The notes beneath the pieces are model-generated. The model did not search any database. It saw nothing but the letters and a program-made list of their open reading frames with translations, and was not told the origin of the DNA. Both the position numbers and the translations under genes were made by a program. DNA of 63,972 nt, the filler included, from Gonapodya sp. JEL0774 (Eukaryota), in the NCBI GenBank assembly GCA_027604505.1. It is 4 parts of 4 records of this genome, joined end to end, with 100 filler letters (N's around TTAATTAATTAA, not from the genome) between each part and the next. Parts side by side here need not be neighbours in the genome. Positions count along the whole stretch, not along the records: positions 17,167 to 33,690 come from JADIIX010000275.1; positions 33,791 to 50,309 come from JADIIX010000276.1; 2 more parts are not named here. One strand, written 5' to 3'. Positions 26,925 to 39,303 of this stretch are shown one piece after another (position 1 is the stretch's first letter; the number at the start of each line of letters is the position of its first letter).

Positions 26925-29013
26925 ATGGCTGACTTCGGAGCGACATCCTCTCAATATCAACCCATCCCTGTGCCTGACGATAGGGAAGAACTTTGCAGTA
27001 CTGTTCTGAGAAAGCACGGCGAGGATCTCGGTATCCACGAGCTGAAGGAGGAACAAAAACGGGCGATCTGGACAGTCGTCAAGTACGGGAAGGACGTCGC
27101 CGCGTGGTTGCCAACAGGTTACGGGAAGACGATTATCATGTGGCTCATTGCTCTCATACTTGGAGGTACGGTACTCATTATCAGCCCCTTGCAGGGATTG
27201 ATGCGTGAAAAGGTACGTGGTTTGAGACCAAATAACGTCACATGATGTCTCAGCTCATGCACATCGCCACCCCCGTTAGGTTGAGAAAGCAAATAAGGCG
27301 TTCTTATATGCCGTCTCGCTTGCAGACGATCAGGAGAACCGAAAAGAGCTCATTGCTAGGACTGCCAACGGGAAAGCTCGAATAGGTAGGTTGGCCAGAC
27401 ATGCAGAACAACCCTTGGTGAAATCTCAGGATACATTAACGACCTTAAGTTTACTGTGACTGTAAAGTACTTGTCACCAGAGACTGCCCTTGGCTCTTAC
27501 AAGAATGCGGCGATGAAAGCAGACAGGAACAAATACGTTTGTGCAGTCTTTCTTGACGAAGCTCAATGCGTCACTGAGAGGTGAGTTCCCTCTCAGACGT
27601 GAAATTGTCACTCCATACGTTTACGTTCCCCGTACTTGGACGTGGCTAGGCAGACAGACTTCCGTCCGGACTATGGCCGAATGACTGAGTTGAGGCTCTG
27701 GCTCGCAAGTGGAGGAGATCTTCACGCCATTAGATGGGGAGCGTGTTCTTGTACAGCACCATAGAAAATGAGGAAGGATGTCGCAGGAGCATTGACGGAA
27801 TATGGCGGACGTGGAGATTGTGGAAGCAAGCCCGAACATGGAAAATCTCACAGACAAGATCTATAATCGAAATGAAGTTGTTGTCAAGGGAAAGAATCGA
27901 CTGGCAGTGACTCTGGAGCAGGCTGCCGTATCACTTAATAGAGCTATCGAAACGAAATCTGGACACGCAACAATCGTGTTTGTCCAGACGTATCATCAAT
28001 GTGGACGTACATACGAGACACTTCTCAAATTAATTAGTACCCAAGGAGCATCACAAGTATATCCGCATGTTTCATGGCTCTATGAGCAAGGAGAAGAAGT
28101 CCGAGATAACCACGCAGTGGATGAATGAGACGGAGCCTGCACTGTTTATCATGACGAGTGCGGGAGGCATGGTAGGACTCAATGTGCTCATTGGGACTTC
28201 CGTCACTCACCTGTACTTCTATCTCTCTCCGTTTGCAGGGTTATGAGAGGCGAAATGTCATTTTGACGTGCCTTCTCTACCCTCCAAAATCGATGTGCCT
28301 TTTGATTCAGGAAGTGGGTAGGTGCGTTAGAGATTTGCAATTGGGAATGAACTGTTGTCATTCTCTACGCCACATCCGACTTCAATCAAGATGGACATCT
28401 GCCTGGAGTGCGTGAGGTCAAGGAATTTTGTCTCTCTTGTGGGTGCTTACGGGCATGGGTATCGGAATTCCTCTGCTTCAGGGAACCTGTTCATCCAAGG
28501 CCTGGAGTCTTTTGCTGCAACTGCTGCACACCGGAACCTCCTATCATCGTCCCTCCACCTTCCACACCTCAAGTGATCATCAATCCCACGCAGACTCGAT
28601 CTGCTCAAAGTGTTGCATTTGCAAAACGGCGAGTTGAAGAGGCTCTGTCAAAGCTACGAGAGAAGCTTATCAATGAAATGGAACCTTGGGAACTGTTGGG
28701 GATGGGAATGGCAGGTGCAATTCCAGAGGAACTGGTGGTGGATGCATGCTCACCCAAAGGCAGGGAGCTGACAAAAGATGCAGCGTCACTTGTCCGGCAA
28801 ATTGGATATGAGTGGGGGGCAGAAAAGGTGTTTATGGTGCCGCGACCTCATACAGGGCCACAAGGTGAACCCTCTTGCCATGCCTCTGACGCTCCCTGCT
28901 GGGTGGACATCCAACACTCGTGTCACTTGGACAGCCACATGCCCACCTGTTTACTTGACTGCGGCAGGCATTTCATTCACCAAAACGCATCACCTTATGA
29001 GGCCACCAATTAG
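26925..29013 (+). pseudogene. RecQ-family helicase, disrupted
   Basis: Motif I LPTGYGKT, Ia ISPLQGLM, YLSPE, II LDEAQC, DFRPDY, V TSAGGMG, VI QEVGRC and a Cys-rich RQC-like CLR...CCNCC. In-frame TAG near 27761 and frameshifts near 27800 and 28040. Confidence 0.8.
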
Positions 29014-30009
29014 TATTCCAACACGTGGAGCAAGCCAGACTGTAAGAAGGGCATCCATTTATTACTCAGGCTATGTTCTCATGTAACTTGACTACTCAGG
29101 TTCATTGACCAACACAGGGCCAACTAGCGCTTTCATTGTCAAATTGAGCTAGTCACCACGACAAGAACACAGAAAGAGGCTTTGAGATCATCCCACCGCG
29201 TGGAACAATCAACAAGGGACCAGGTATTGAGGCTATTCCACATGGGGTAATTCCCCATATTATTGGCCAGAAACGCACCAAGGCAGATGTCAGCACATCG
29301 TTTGAATCACATGCTGACATATATACACTGTTGTGCAGTATTGTATCACATCTGTAAGAAGGGTTAGACAGGTACAGACTCCAAATTTGCTATTTGAAAG
29401 CATGCTATCATCTCATGGGACATTGCCTAACGTATACTCATGCACTTGTTGTGGTATTGACACCTTGCACATGACCACAGGCTACCCATGTATATAAGGC
29501 ACAACTAGCTACACACAATAAGATCACACTTCACATCATCTCACACTCCATGCCTATCACTAGGCCACCATCCCGTCATAGAGGGCTGAGACCAATACAT
29601 AGTGACAGCCCCTCTACACACTGCAGTAAAGTGAAGAGTAGTATTAAATCTTCTATCCACGTTTACTCCCTGTCCAATTCCTCCCACACCTTGTCAACAT
29701 AATTGTCTTCATTCGCATCACCTCCAGAACCTTGTCTTCTGTCTCCAATGTCACCAGCAGCAACTCTGACTGACTTTCCCCTACAGGCTCTGTATCATCT
29801 GCACCCTTGCGGAGGATTGGATCGAAAGTTTTCTTGAACTTACCGACACCTTTTGCTTGACAATCTCATGAACCATGTGGGTGCTGCTCAGATCCCATTG
29901 TCAATTTCAGACTGTGCTGCTCAGGTTCAGTGGATGTTTTCCCAAATCCGAGGAGCAAAACTCACGCCAAAATTGCAAGCATGACACATTTTGTACAAGA
30001 GTGAATGTT

Positions 30010-30885
30010 TCATTGGAAGATAAAGCCTGAAACTATGTCGTTGGTGATACACAGCTTCCTGCAGCCATATAATCCAGCCACCTGACAGTGGAGCAGTCCC
30101 TTTTTAGGGGGACAAAGGCCTGAATGCTCCGGCACACCCTGACCCAACCTTGGTGTTGTGGAGTGCACCCTATCTAAATCTCTCTTCATGTTTGTGCCAG
30201 TGTTGCAGAAATCACCCCAGTATGGCTCTTCAGACCAATGATCCTCAGCAAAGTGGTACATTCCACCACATTCCCTGCATTGCATGAAAATCTCCCTCAA
30301 TTTGCATTCCAAACAATCACTTGCAAGCTCCTTGACACCATCTTCACGACGTGAGTGTTTGCAGATCTTCCCACTGCAGCATTGAAACAAATAGTGTCCC
30401 TGTCCCTCACAATTGACACAAATCTGCAGCATACTGCAATCAAAGGAAGAATGTCCCAATCCTTCACAGTTGTAACACCAAAGAGGACTCAAACAGTCCC
30501 TCTCAAATTGGCTGATGCCACCACAACTATTGCCTCCAAAATTCATCCTGTGTGACCCTCTGAAAGAACCAGCTAAACAGCTAAATTCCAGCTAAACGAC
30601 TCAGATACCACTTATTGTTGCAAATTGTCCAATTCATCCAGATTCTCAAAGTTGAGTCAAAGTTGAGCAGCTGGGCTCATAACCTGTTGGAACTCCAAAC
30701 TTGTCTTTTCTTCTTGAAAACACACACTACATGGGGAAATAGGCTGTTTATATGCACTTTGACCTGCTGTGCCACACAGGCCACAGCGATGACTCATCCA
30801 ACCACTTCCCCAAATCATCTCTGGAGTCCAAGTGCAGTGTATACAATTTATTGTGTCACCAATGGTATATCATCCAAGATTCACA
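30010..30885 (-). mobile_element. Copia-type LTR and PBS followed by a multi-Zn-knuckle (gag-like) ORF
   Basis: The LTR end CCAACA (30685) is followed by PBS GGTTATGAGCCC (30673-30684). ORF 30010..30546 has CYNCEGLGHSSFDC, CVNCEGQGHYLFQC and a degenerate third knuckle. Confidence 0.7.
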
Positions 30886-30887
30886 GT

Positions 30888-31026
30888 GTTTGACCCTTAA
30901 ATATGGAGATTTGTCCTGGGTCAGGTAACCCTGAAGCAGAGATGCTGTCTTCAGGGGGAGTGTAAAGGATAAAGAGAGAATCCAGCACTCTGCCCCCTGT
31001 ACAGGTTTTGCCACCATAGCTTAACA
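30888..31026 (+). mobile_element. 5'-truncated second copy of the TRIM (internal 3' part, PPT, 66-bp 3' LTR)
   Basis: Reverse-complement match to about 33159-33295. TCAGGGGGAG PPT is followed by TGTAAAGG...TTAACA (30961-31026). Confidence 0.85.
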
Positions 31027-32978
31027 GAGAGCTCACATGTTTCTGATGCTGTTGATCAGAGGGAGAGTCTGCAGATCCAGAAGTTAAATCATCAGGTCAT
31101 ACAACAGATGATGTAGAAGAGTTAACTGATTTTCAGAGAGGATTTTTTACAACAGAGTCTGGATATTCATGCAGATCCATTTTATAATCTCGCTCCCTAC
31201 ATTAATGTTGCAGATAATCATGAATGGGTTTTGTTGCAGACTCAAGACAAAATTCCTACTCTGAACCATGATAAAAAGCAGTAATTTCTGAACATAAAGA
31301 ATATTGGAATTGAGCGATGCAAAACGACGACCAGCTCAACCATTCTGGTACTTGGACTCTTGTACCTATTGTGACAGTTCCTAAAGGTCACCCGATATTG
31401 ATAGGCAAATGGGTCTTTGCAGCAAAGGGCTTAGACAATGACAACATTCATTTTAAAGTGCGTTGGTGTGCACACGGATTTACTCAGAATCATGGAATTG
31501 ACTACAACCAAACTTGTGCTGCTACAATGCAGGGCAAGTCGTGGAAGATTCTTGTAGCACTTCTACAGTTTGACATTGGAAATGCGTTTATGAATGGGGA
31601 TTTCATTGAAAATGCATATATGGAACAGCCGCATGGCTTTAGCAAACCTGGCTTTGTTTGCAAACTTCGAAAATCCTTGTATCGTTTGAGGCAAGCCTCA
31701 AATTTTTGGCAGGAACTGTTTATCAAAACATTAAGGGATATGGGTTTCAGACAACTTGCTTGTGATAATGCTCTCTTTGTTCGTGCACCAGACAATCCGA
31801 ATCGCCGTATGGCATGTGGCACTCATGTTGATGATGGCTTAGTGATTGCCCCTACGGACCAACAGAATTAGCAGGAAGTTGGAAGGTCTCTGGCAGCACT
31901 TTACTTGGCTTCCTTGGATCTCAGAGCTTCTGGTATTTACTGACTCATACCATCACTATGAATCATGAGAAGAAGATTACAGCTCTCTTGGAGGAGTTTG
32001 GAATGTTTGATTGCTTACCAGTATCCACTCCAACACCGCAGGGCGTTTTGTTCTCTCAAACTGATTGTCCCAGAACTGCAGCTGAACGCGATGGTGTTGA
32101 CGCTGAAATATATTGTCATGGTGTTGGTGCTGTCAATTATATTATCCTTACTTGACTGTGCAACAGCCAATTGTGTTTTAACTGAGGCTCTGGATAATCC
32201 TAGTAAGAAGCACTATGATACTTTTATTCACATATTACGTTATTTGAAAGGTACTCTGCATTTTGGAATTACTTACCCTGGCAAGAATGATCCTCGCCGG
32301 AGCCAAACCCGTACCGACCTCCACAGATATTACGATTCTTCTTATGCTTCAGACAAGTTTGATTTGAAATCCCGACAGGGTTAGGTCTTTATGTTGTCAG
32401 GAGGAGCTATTAGCTGGAATTCCAATAAGCAAGAACACCTAACAGATTCGACAACATATGCAGAATTTGTCTCTCAGCATCATGCAGTGAAAGAGCTTCT
32501 ATGGCTCAAGAATGTCTTTATGGAACTTGGACAACCTCTGAAGGATAAGATTGAACTGATAGGAAAGGGCAAACCAGAAGACTTATTTGGTGACAACAAA
32601 GGCGCAACATCTTTGGCACACAATCAGAAGAGACATAATATGACCAAGCACTTCGAGATTAAATATTTCTTTGTTTGTGAAGAGATCAAGAAAAAGACTA
32701 TTCAATTGCTTTACATTCCTACAAGTCAAAATACTGCTGATCTCTTTACTAAGTCCTTGCCAAAGGAGTTATTGGAGAAGCACCGAGCTGCTATGGGAAT
32801 GACTGATATTAGCAATGGATCATGAGGTTCATGATCAGGGGGAGTGTTGGATATACATGGTGTTGTGTGTACTATATATTTGTATGATAGACTGCGGCAC
32901 ATAGATGAGGGCGCTGGTGTGTGATATACTGAGTTGCACAGACAAGGGCATCCACTAAACTTGACAGTACTTTCCACA
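31027..32978 (+). mobile_element. Degenerate Ty1/copia pol 3' half (RT, RNase H) with PPT and 3' LTR
   Basis: RT motifs KWVF, KVRWCAHGFTQ, DIGNAFMNG, YMEQPHGF, KSLYRLRQ, HVDD; RNase H motifs DNKGA, KHFEIKY, ADLFTKSL. PPT AGGGGGAG precedes TGTTGG at 32845. Stops and frameshifts present; the LTR end is approximate. Confidence 0.92.
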
Positions 32979-33158
32979 ATATCCAGGTTGGCCTTAGAAG
33001 AACCATCAATTTTCTCTGCATCACTCCCCCTGGCACCATTGCCATCTTCAACACTTCTTTCCTTAGCATTAATAAACTCTGGAGGATTGAAGGCTGGGTC
33101 AGCCAATTCGTCTGGTGTGTCAGAACTGCCTTGAGCTACAGATCCCAACTTAGAAGGT

Positions 33159-33456
33159 TGTTGAGCTATGGTGGCAAAACCTGTACAGGGGCATAGTGCT
33201 GGATTCTCTCTTTATCCTTAAAACTCCCCCTGAAGACAGCATCTCTGCTCCAGGGTTGCCTGACCCAGGACACATCTCCACTTTGAAGGGTCAAACTCTC
33301 ATAGTTTTGCATGCCACCTACCACATTGCAAAATTTCCCCCCACTGGGGTTCAAACATGTGACCTCTCTGTCAGCAGTCCAGGCTCATAACCTGTTGAGC
33401 TATGGTGGCAAAACCTGTACAGGGGCAGAGTGTGGATTCTCTTTATATCCTTAACA
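33159..33456 (-). mobile_element. TRIM (terminal-repeat retrotransposon in miniature), 298 bp
   Basis: Direct repeats 33159-33223 and 33393-33456 (TGTTGAG...CCTTAACA); PBS GGTTATGAGCC (33382-33392); PPT TCAGGGGGAG (33224-33233); 5-bp TSD AAGGT/AGGGT. Confidence 0.9.
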
Positions 33457-33690
33457 AGGGTCCACCTACTGATCTGGAGTTTGTTTTCGTCTTTACAGGT
33501 GCCTTTGCCTTCCCCTTAGAGACCTCTGCAGGTGTTGAGCTGGATTTTGTGTTCCCACCACCATGTGAAGCTGGCTTAAATGTCACAGATTTTTGTTTAC
33601 CAGAGCTAGCAGATTTAGCAGGACCAGAGGTTGTTGCTGGAGTAGTGGAGCTAACAGGTCTTGGAATCCTAGACCTCAACACTCTGTCAA

Positions 33691-33790
33691 NNNNNNNNNN
33701 NNNNNNNNNNNNNNNNNNNNNNNNNNNNNNNNNNTTAATTAATTAANNNNNNNNNNNNNNNNNNNNNNNNNNNNNNNNNNNNNNNNNNNN
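33691..33790. other. Artificial contig linker
   Basis: N44-TTAATTAATTAA-N44. Confidence 0.98.
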
Positions 33791-36218
33791 AAACTTGTAC
33801 CGCAGCACAGGGTCGTCGGGGAGGTTGTATTGACGCCGCGCGTACCAGTGCGAGTTATTGTTCCCAGCCCGCGGGAAATCGAGCCATTCGGGGTGACCTG
33901 AAACGACAAATGAATGAGGTCGATGTTCGAGTGGAAAGACCTCGTCCAGCGCGATTTCGAACTCACCAAATTCATTGCCCATAAAGTTAAGGTAGCCTTC
34001 ACCTCCCAAAGCGTGGGTGATAAGCCTTCCAAGAGAAAACAATTCAGACGATTTCACAGCGGTGAGACTGCTCTCACAGCCACTTGACTCGCCCCTTGCC
34101 TCTCACCGTATCATTTTGTGGAGTTGAATACCCCTATCGATGACCATCGTCCGGGGTGTTATCTCGCTCATGTTGGTATACATTTCCGCATCCATGAGCC
34201 AGAACGCGATGGATTTGTCGCCCACTAAAGCTTGGTCGTGAGATTCGCAATAAGCGATGGTACCCTCTTTGTACCGACGATCGGAGAGAGTCCACGTAAT
34301 CTTCTCCATCTGTTCACACACACAAACAACGGATGGAGATCTGAGATGCAAAGGTCCGCATCTCGTGTTTATGGCGGGCACTTACATCCCACTCGTCGTC
34401 GCTGAGATGCTTGAGCATTTTGATCCACATGTCGGGCACCGCCATAGCAAGACGGTAGTCAAAACCAATCCCGCCTTCCTCTGTGGGGCGACAGAGCGCA
34501 GGCATCCCAGATACGTCCTCAGCGATGGTGATGGCGTTGGGGTAGATAGAGTGGGTCATGTCATTGGCCTGAGATTATGAACACTCTGAAATGAGAGAGT
34601 TGCGAAGGAAACACCGTGCATGAATCTCACAAGCATGAGATATATCACTGCGTCCATGTCAACGGCATCACCAAAGTATTCTTGATAACCTCCGGCGAAT
34701 CCGGTACCCATGCCATGGTGGTGATACATCATACTTGTCACGCCATCGAAGCGGAAGCCGTCGAATCTGAACGCAGAATAGATTGGTGACATTTTGCATG
34801 ACGATAACTGCCAGCTCATGGACAAAGAGCGCCCATACCTGTATTCTCGCAGCCACATCCGTAAGTTGGAAAGCAAGAAGCGAATGGTTTCGTGGTTACC
34901 GTAGTTGAACAGACGTGAGTCCCACAGTGTGTGCTCTCCGCGGGGTGGAGAGTGAAAAAGGTGGTGGTCTTGTTGTGGATGGACAAAAGCACAACACCCG
35001 TGAGGTTTCTTTAATTGGAGTGACCGAATCGAAACCATCCCAAACGGCGCGACGAACTCACCGGATCCATCGAACATATTAATCCCATCCTCTACGTTCT
35101 TACTCGCGTGGCTGTGAACAACATCCAACAGAACAACGATTCCCAACCCATGTGCCGTATCCACAAGCTCCATAAGTTCCTCTGGTGTCCCGAATCTCGA
35201 ACTTGCTGCGAAAAATGATGTGACTTGATAACCGAATGAGGCGTAGTACGGGTGCTCCATGACGGCCATCAGTTGGATGGCGTTATACCCCAAAGCATGA
35301 ACGCGAGGGAGGACGTGTTGAGAGAAGTGCGAGTAAGTGGCTATACGGGGCTCCGGGGAAGAAATTCCGACTAGAAACATCAGGCAAAATCAAGGGAGGT
35401 AAAACACTCGCGGTTGCAATTCATGTAGGGACAGATTGCCCACCGTGAGATTCGTAGATTTTCAGACACTTGGGCCTCGGCGGGCTTGTATTTTTCCACA
35501 CATACGGTTGTGGTGGATTCCAGAATACAGCTTCATCGGGATGGAATGAAACATGTTCTCACTCGCCGGATAATTGACTCTGATGACTCAAGTACTTACC
35601 TTCGTACGGCTTCGTCCCTTCTTGTTCGGCTCTCTTGATCCAAACGGGTAATCTGTACACCCTCTCTCCGTTCTGGGTCACCATCGTGATTTTGACTTTA
35701 CTGCCATGCGGGATCGCACAGGTGCCGTCCGAGTGATCGGGAACAAAGATCTCCCAATGACCAAAAGGGAGTGCTGTCATAACGTGTGATTTGGGATCCC
35801 AGTTGTTGAAGGTGCCGACAAGGGATGCCTGGAATTGAAATGCGGCGGATCAGGAAGGTCAATATACGAATCAACTCTGTGAACAGATGCAAAGTAGCGC
35901 CATACACCGGAGATGCTACCGAAGATATCGTACCTCCTTTGCACCCGGAGCCCATTCCCGATACCATACCCCTTTCTTCTCCTTGTCGTAGTTGAGTCCA
36001 AACCTCTCGTAGCCCTTTGAGAACTTTTCCATGCCCCCTTCATTTACATCGATGGTCTGTCTCCACTGATTGTAGACGTAGAACCGGTGCTCAAGAGAGC
36101 CTTTGAATGGTTCGAGCCACGGGTCGAGGTCGAGCAAGGGTTTCACGGGTGAGGTGTTTGGGGGAATCTCCGGAGGAGCAGAAGGAATCAGATTTTCGAC
36201 GAGGGGTACAGATTTCAT
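33791..36218 (-). CDS. GLC3: 1,4-alpha-glucan (glycogen) branching enzyme, GH13; 3' end cut by the contig edge
   Basis: [94 protein letters not shown]. Confidence 0.97.
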
Positions 36219-36413
36219 GGTGGAGGGAGAGGATGATTTGGAAGGGGCTGAGAAGAGGGAATATGAGGCGGAATCACGCGTGAGTCGCCTTTAAATATGT
36301 CCAATATCCTCGCCACAGCATACGGTCTCGAACACAATGAAGCAAAAAGACCCATTCATTCCTTGCTTTTATTGTTCAAGATTGGGCCATCATCCTCGCT
36401 CCTTTGTGTCGGG

Positions 36414-37058
36414 CTAGGGAAACAACGTAATATCGCGAAACACACCGAACGCAGATACGTCAGCAACAGCGGAATCGAATGGTTCCAGTTTCGTGGTAGT
36501 TGCAAACGATAAATGTCCTAACGCGACCTCCAAGTCCCGAACCTCCGCATCCAGTCCACTGAGAGCTTTCGAGAATCTGTCTCCTGAATCCATAACACAG
36601 GAATACTGTCCGGTCAGAGAGTGAACCTTTTTGAAGACTGCTCCTTTTCCCGGAACATCTCCCACTTTCGAGAGCAATTTCTCGAGTTCGCTTGTGATCG
36701 TGGAAAGAGGGTTTGAAGCCAAGACACCACGAGCCCCGTCTAATGAGAATGAAGCTCCATCCGCGATAGCACGTCGAAACTCCACAAGTTGAGGTAAAAT
36801 CTCAGATAATGGGGATAGTTCCAACTGACCCTGATTCGCGGATTCGGTGGCAGATGATGCTGCAACTGCAGTAATCGCGGGATGTGAAGCAGCCTCGACT
36901 AGTTCGCGGGCGGCCACGAGAGAGCGACCAGACAATACTTCTGAAGGACGACGGCCCACCAAAGTGGGTGCTGGCGCTGATTGGGCCTCCCCGTTGGAAG
37001 CCGAGTTCGAAGTCGTAAGGATGGGATTCTCAGATTCTGAGCCGGGAGAGGTCGTCAT
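36414..37058 (-). CDS. Hypothetical protein (disordered N-terminus, helical C-terminus)
   Basis: About 215-codon uninterrupted ORF with protein-like composition; no recognised motif. Confidence 0.55.
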   Translation of the reverse strand: MTTSPGSESENPILTTSNSASNGEAQSAPAPTLVGRRPSEVLSGRSLVAARELVEAASHPAITAVAASSATESANQGQLELSPLSEILPQLVEFRRAIADGASFSLDGARGVLASNPLSTITSELEKLLSKVGDVPGKGAVFKKVHSLTGQYSCVMDSGDRFSKALSGLDAEVRDLEVALGHLSFATTTKLEPFDSAVADVSAFGVFRDITLFP

Positions 37059-37673
37059 TCGTAAGAGTCTCGAGATACACAAGACAAAGAGACAGTGATT
37101 TCTCGGCACTTCAAATAGAACGCAAGGTTTTATTCAATGAGCTGACGACGGCGATGAAACTCGTCTCTGCTGATGTGGCCAGTTGTCCTGAGGCACCAAG
37201 GCATGTGTCACTCCCATCCCAGGAAAACGGAGAATCGATGACGTCGAAATGATCAATACCTACCTTATGATGGTGAAGGATTTATTGGTTGCTGTACGTA
37301 GGTTTTGGAACGTGGAGGTTTCCGGAATACGAGGATGGATGGTGAATGACGTCATCAGAAGTTCAGACATGTCAATGATACAGTGTAATTAGTACAACTC
37401 ATGCCAGTCATTTGTGTAGTCTTGATTGATGGTGGACTGTCTGCATGATTGATATCAATCGGAAGCGATATTTGTTATATACAAAATGGGAGTACATTGC
37501 TCGCAAAACGCTCACGTTGTGATGCGCTCTATAGTGCTCTTCAAAAGTCAGTTATTGAAAAGACTGTCACAGCAAGTGGTTGCAATTGAGCGGCCACCTT
37601 TTGCCGTGTTGCGTACAAAACTGCTCTTCCCATAAGGAAAATCCTGCACCGAATGATTGAATTAGAGCGGTTT

Positions 37674-39006
37674 CTATGGTGCTAAAGAAGTTATTGGTCT
37701 AGTGTCTCGGATACCTCGTTCCCCAGACGATGTTGTACCATGATTGTCCTTTTCATTTTCAATGTCAGTTGCATTTCCGCAACCTGACAACGACACAAAA
37801 CTTCGCCACAACCGATCATCCATCCATGTGACTAGCATAGGATCAATGAGGGTGTGGAAGCTAGCCAAGAGGCTCGCAATTCCTGATACGATGGGGGGAT
37901 TCAGCGCCGTTCCAGTCAACAGTTCGTAAAAGACTTTGACAAGGAAGGGGAGATAAAACGTAATGTAAACAAGCAGTATAATAAACGCTCGGGCTGCCAT
38001 TCGGATATCTTTCCAGTGAATGTGCGATGCGGGTTGACCGCTTTGTCCGAGACTGGGGACCACATCCTGTTGGTCAATGAGCTCGGTTGACTGCAGGTTC
38101 TCCTGAAAAATACGAGTAATGAGGCGCATGTCTTTCTGGACAAGTATAATCTTTCTTCCAATGGCAGTATAGCAGTAAGCGATGGTGATGCTTCCGAGAA
38201 CGTCCGTAAAGTAACCTGACACAGCGAACATAGCCTGCTGCAAGACATCGCGAGACTGGAAATTTGCACTGCATATCTGCAGGTTTATGTTCAAGATTTT
38301 TCGTTCGATTGGATCTCGGGGTGTCTCACTTACGTCGGGAAACGTATCTAGTGACATGTGTCGCAGTCCCGCTGATACACCCGAAGGAACAAACACCCAG
38401 ATCCAGCCACCCAGTGAAGCAAATGCGTATCTAGCTGAGTGGTGACCCGTGGATGTGCTCCTACAGATCGCTGAATACCGCTCAACCGCTAAGTGAGGGT
38501 TCATTGCGATGGTCAAGTCAGAACAGAAGCCGCAAAGGATTCCCAGTGGCAACCACCTATCAGTGTCATAGTCCAAATTGCAACAGTAGCGCCACCGAGG
38601 GTCATCATGCCAGTGGCATCGCACACGAGTTGTATCGGTTCGCGGTTGGAAACCACCATGGACACCGAGCTGGTGAATAGAGAGGTGGATATGACGAGAT
38701 CACAAAGAAACAGATTGATGTAGAGGACACCAATAGCTTTTGTTTGATTCTTTATGAGAGCGTGCCGGGGATTGCCCAAAACATCACGAAAGGAGAGTAA
38801 ATTGTGATTGTAAGCAATGGAACTTGTCGGCGATTCAATCAATCTACCCTTGCAATCCAGGCGTTTCCGATTAATATTGGAGTGATTAGTATTCCACCGA
38901 TACTGAAGGCAACAAGGGTGATGGTGAACGACCGGACAAGAGAATCGAGAGGTCGAGTGCCGCCTTCAGCATCAAGCAACAGGGATCCATCCTGAGAAAC
39001 GGACAT
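37674..39006 (-). CDS. Class A (rhodopsin-like) GPCR, copy 1, multi-exon
   Basis: TM2 YINLFLCDL, TM3 CDATG...AVERYSAIC, TM4 Trp (GGWIW), ECL2 Cys, TM5 YCY, TM6 FYLPF, TM7 HTLIDPMLV, helix-8 DDRLWR. Confidence 0.85.
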
Positions 39007-39303
39007 GGTTGAGCGTTGACCTAATGATAGTGGAGGCGCTCGAGAAGCGTCTGCCTGGGTCCATCATCGATCGGCGAATCAGCGGGCACAGTTTCCCTGG
39101 AGCCTTTCCCGTCCTGACATGGGGTGCAATCAAACCGTAATGAAGACGGTCAGTATGAAGAACGCACATGCTCATCGCTTTATACAATTATACAAGGAGA
39201 CGTGTCTTATACTCCTCTGGACAGACTTGGCTGCTCGCTGAACATTAAGAAAGGTGGAACCGGGTCTCGTCTCGAACTGCGATGTTGGGAAATGAATTCA
39301 AGA

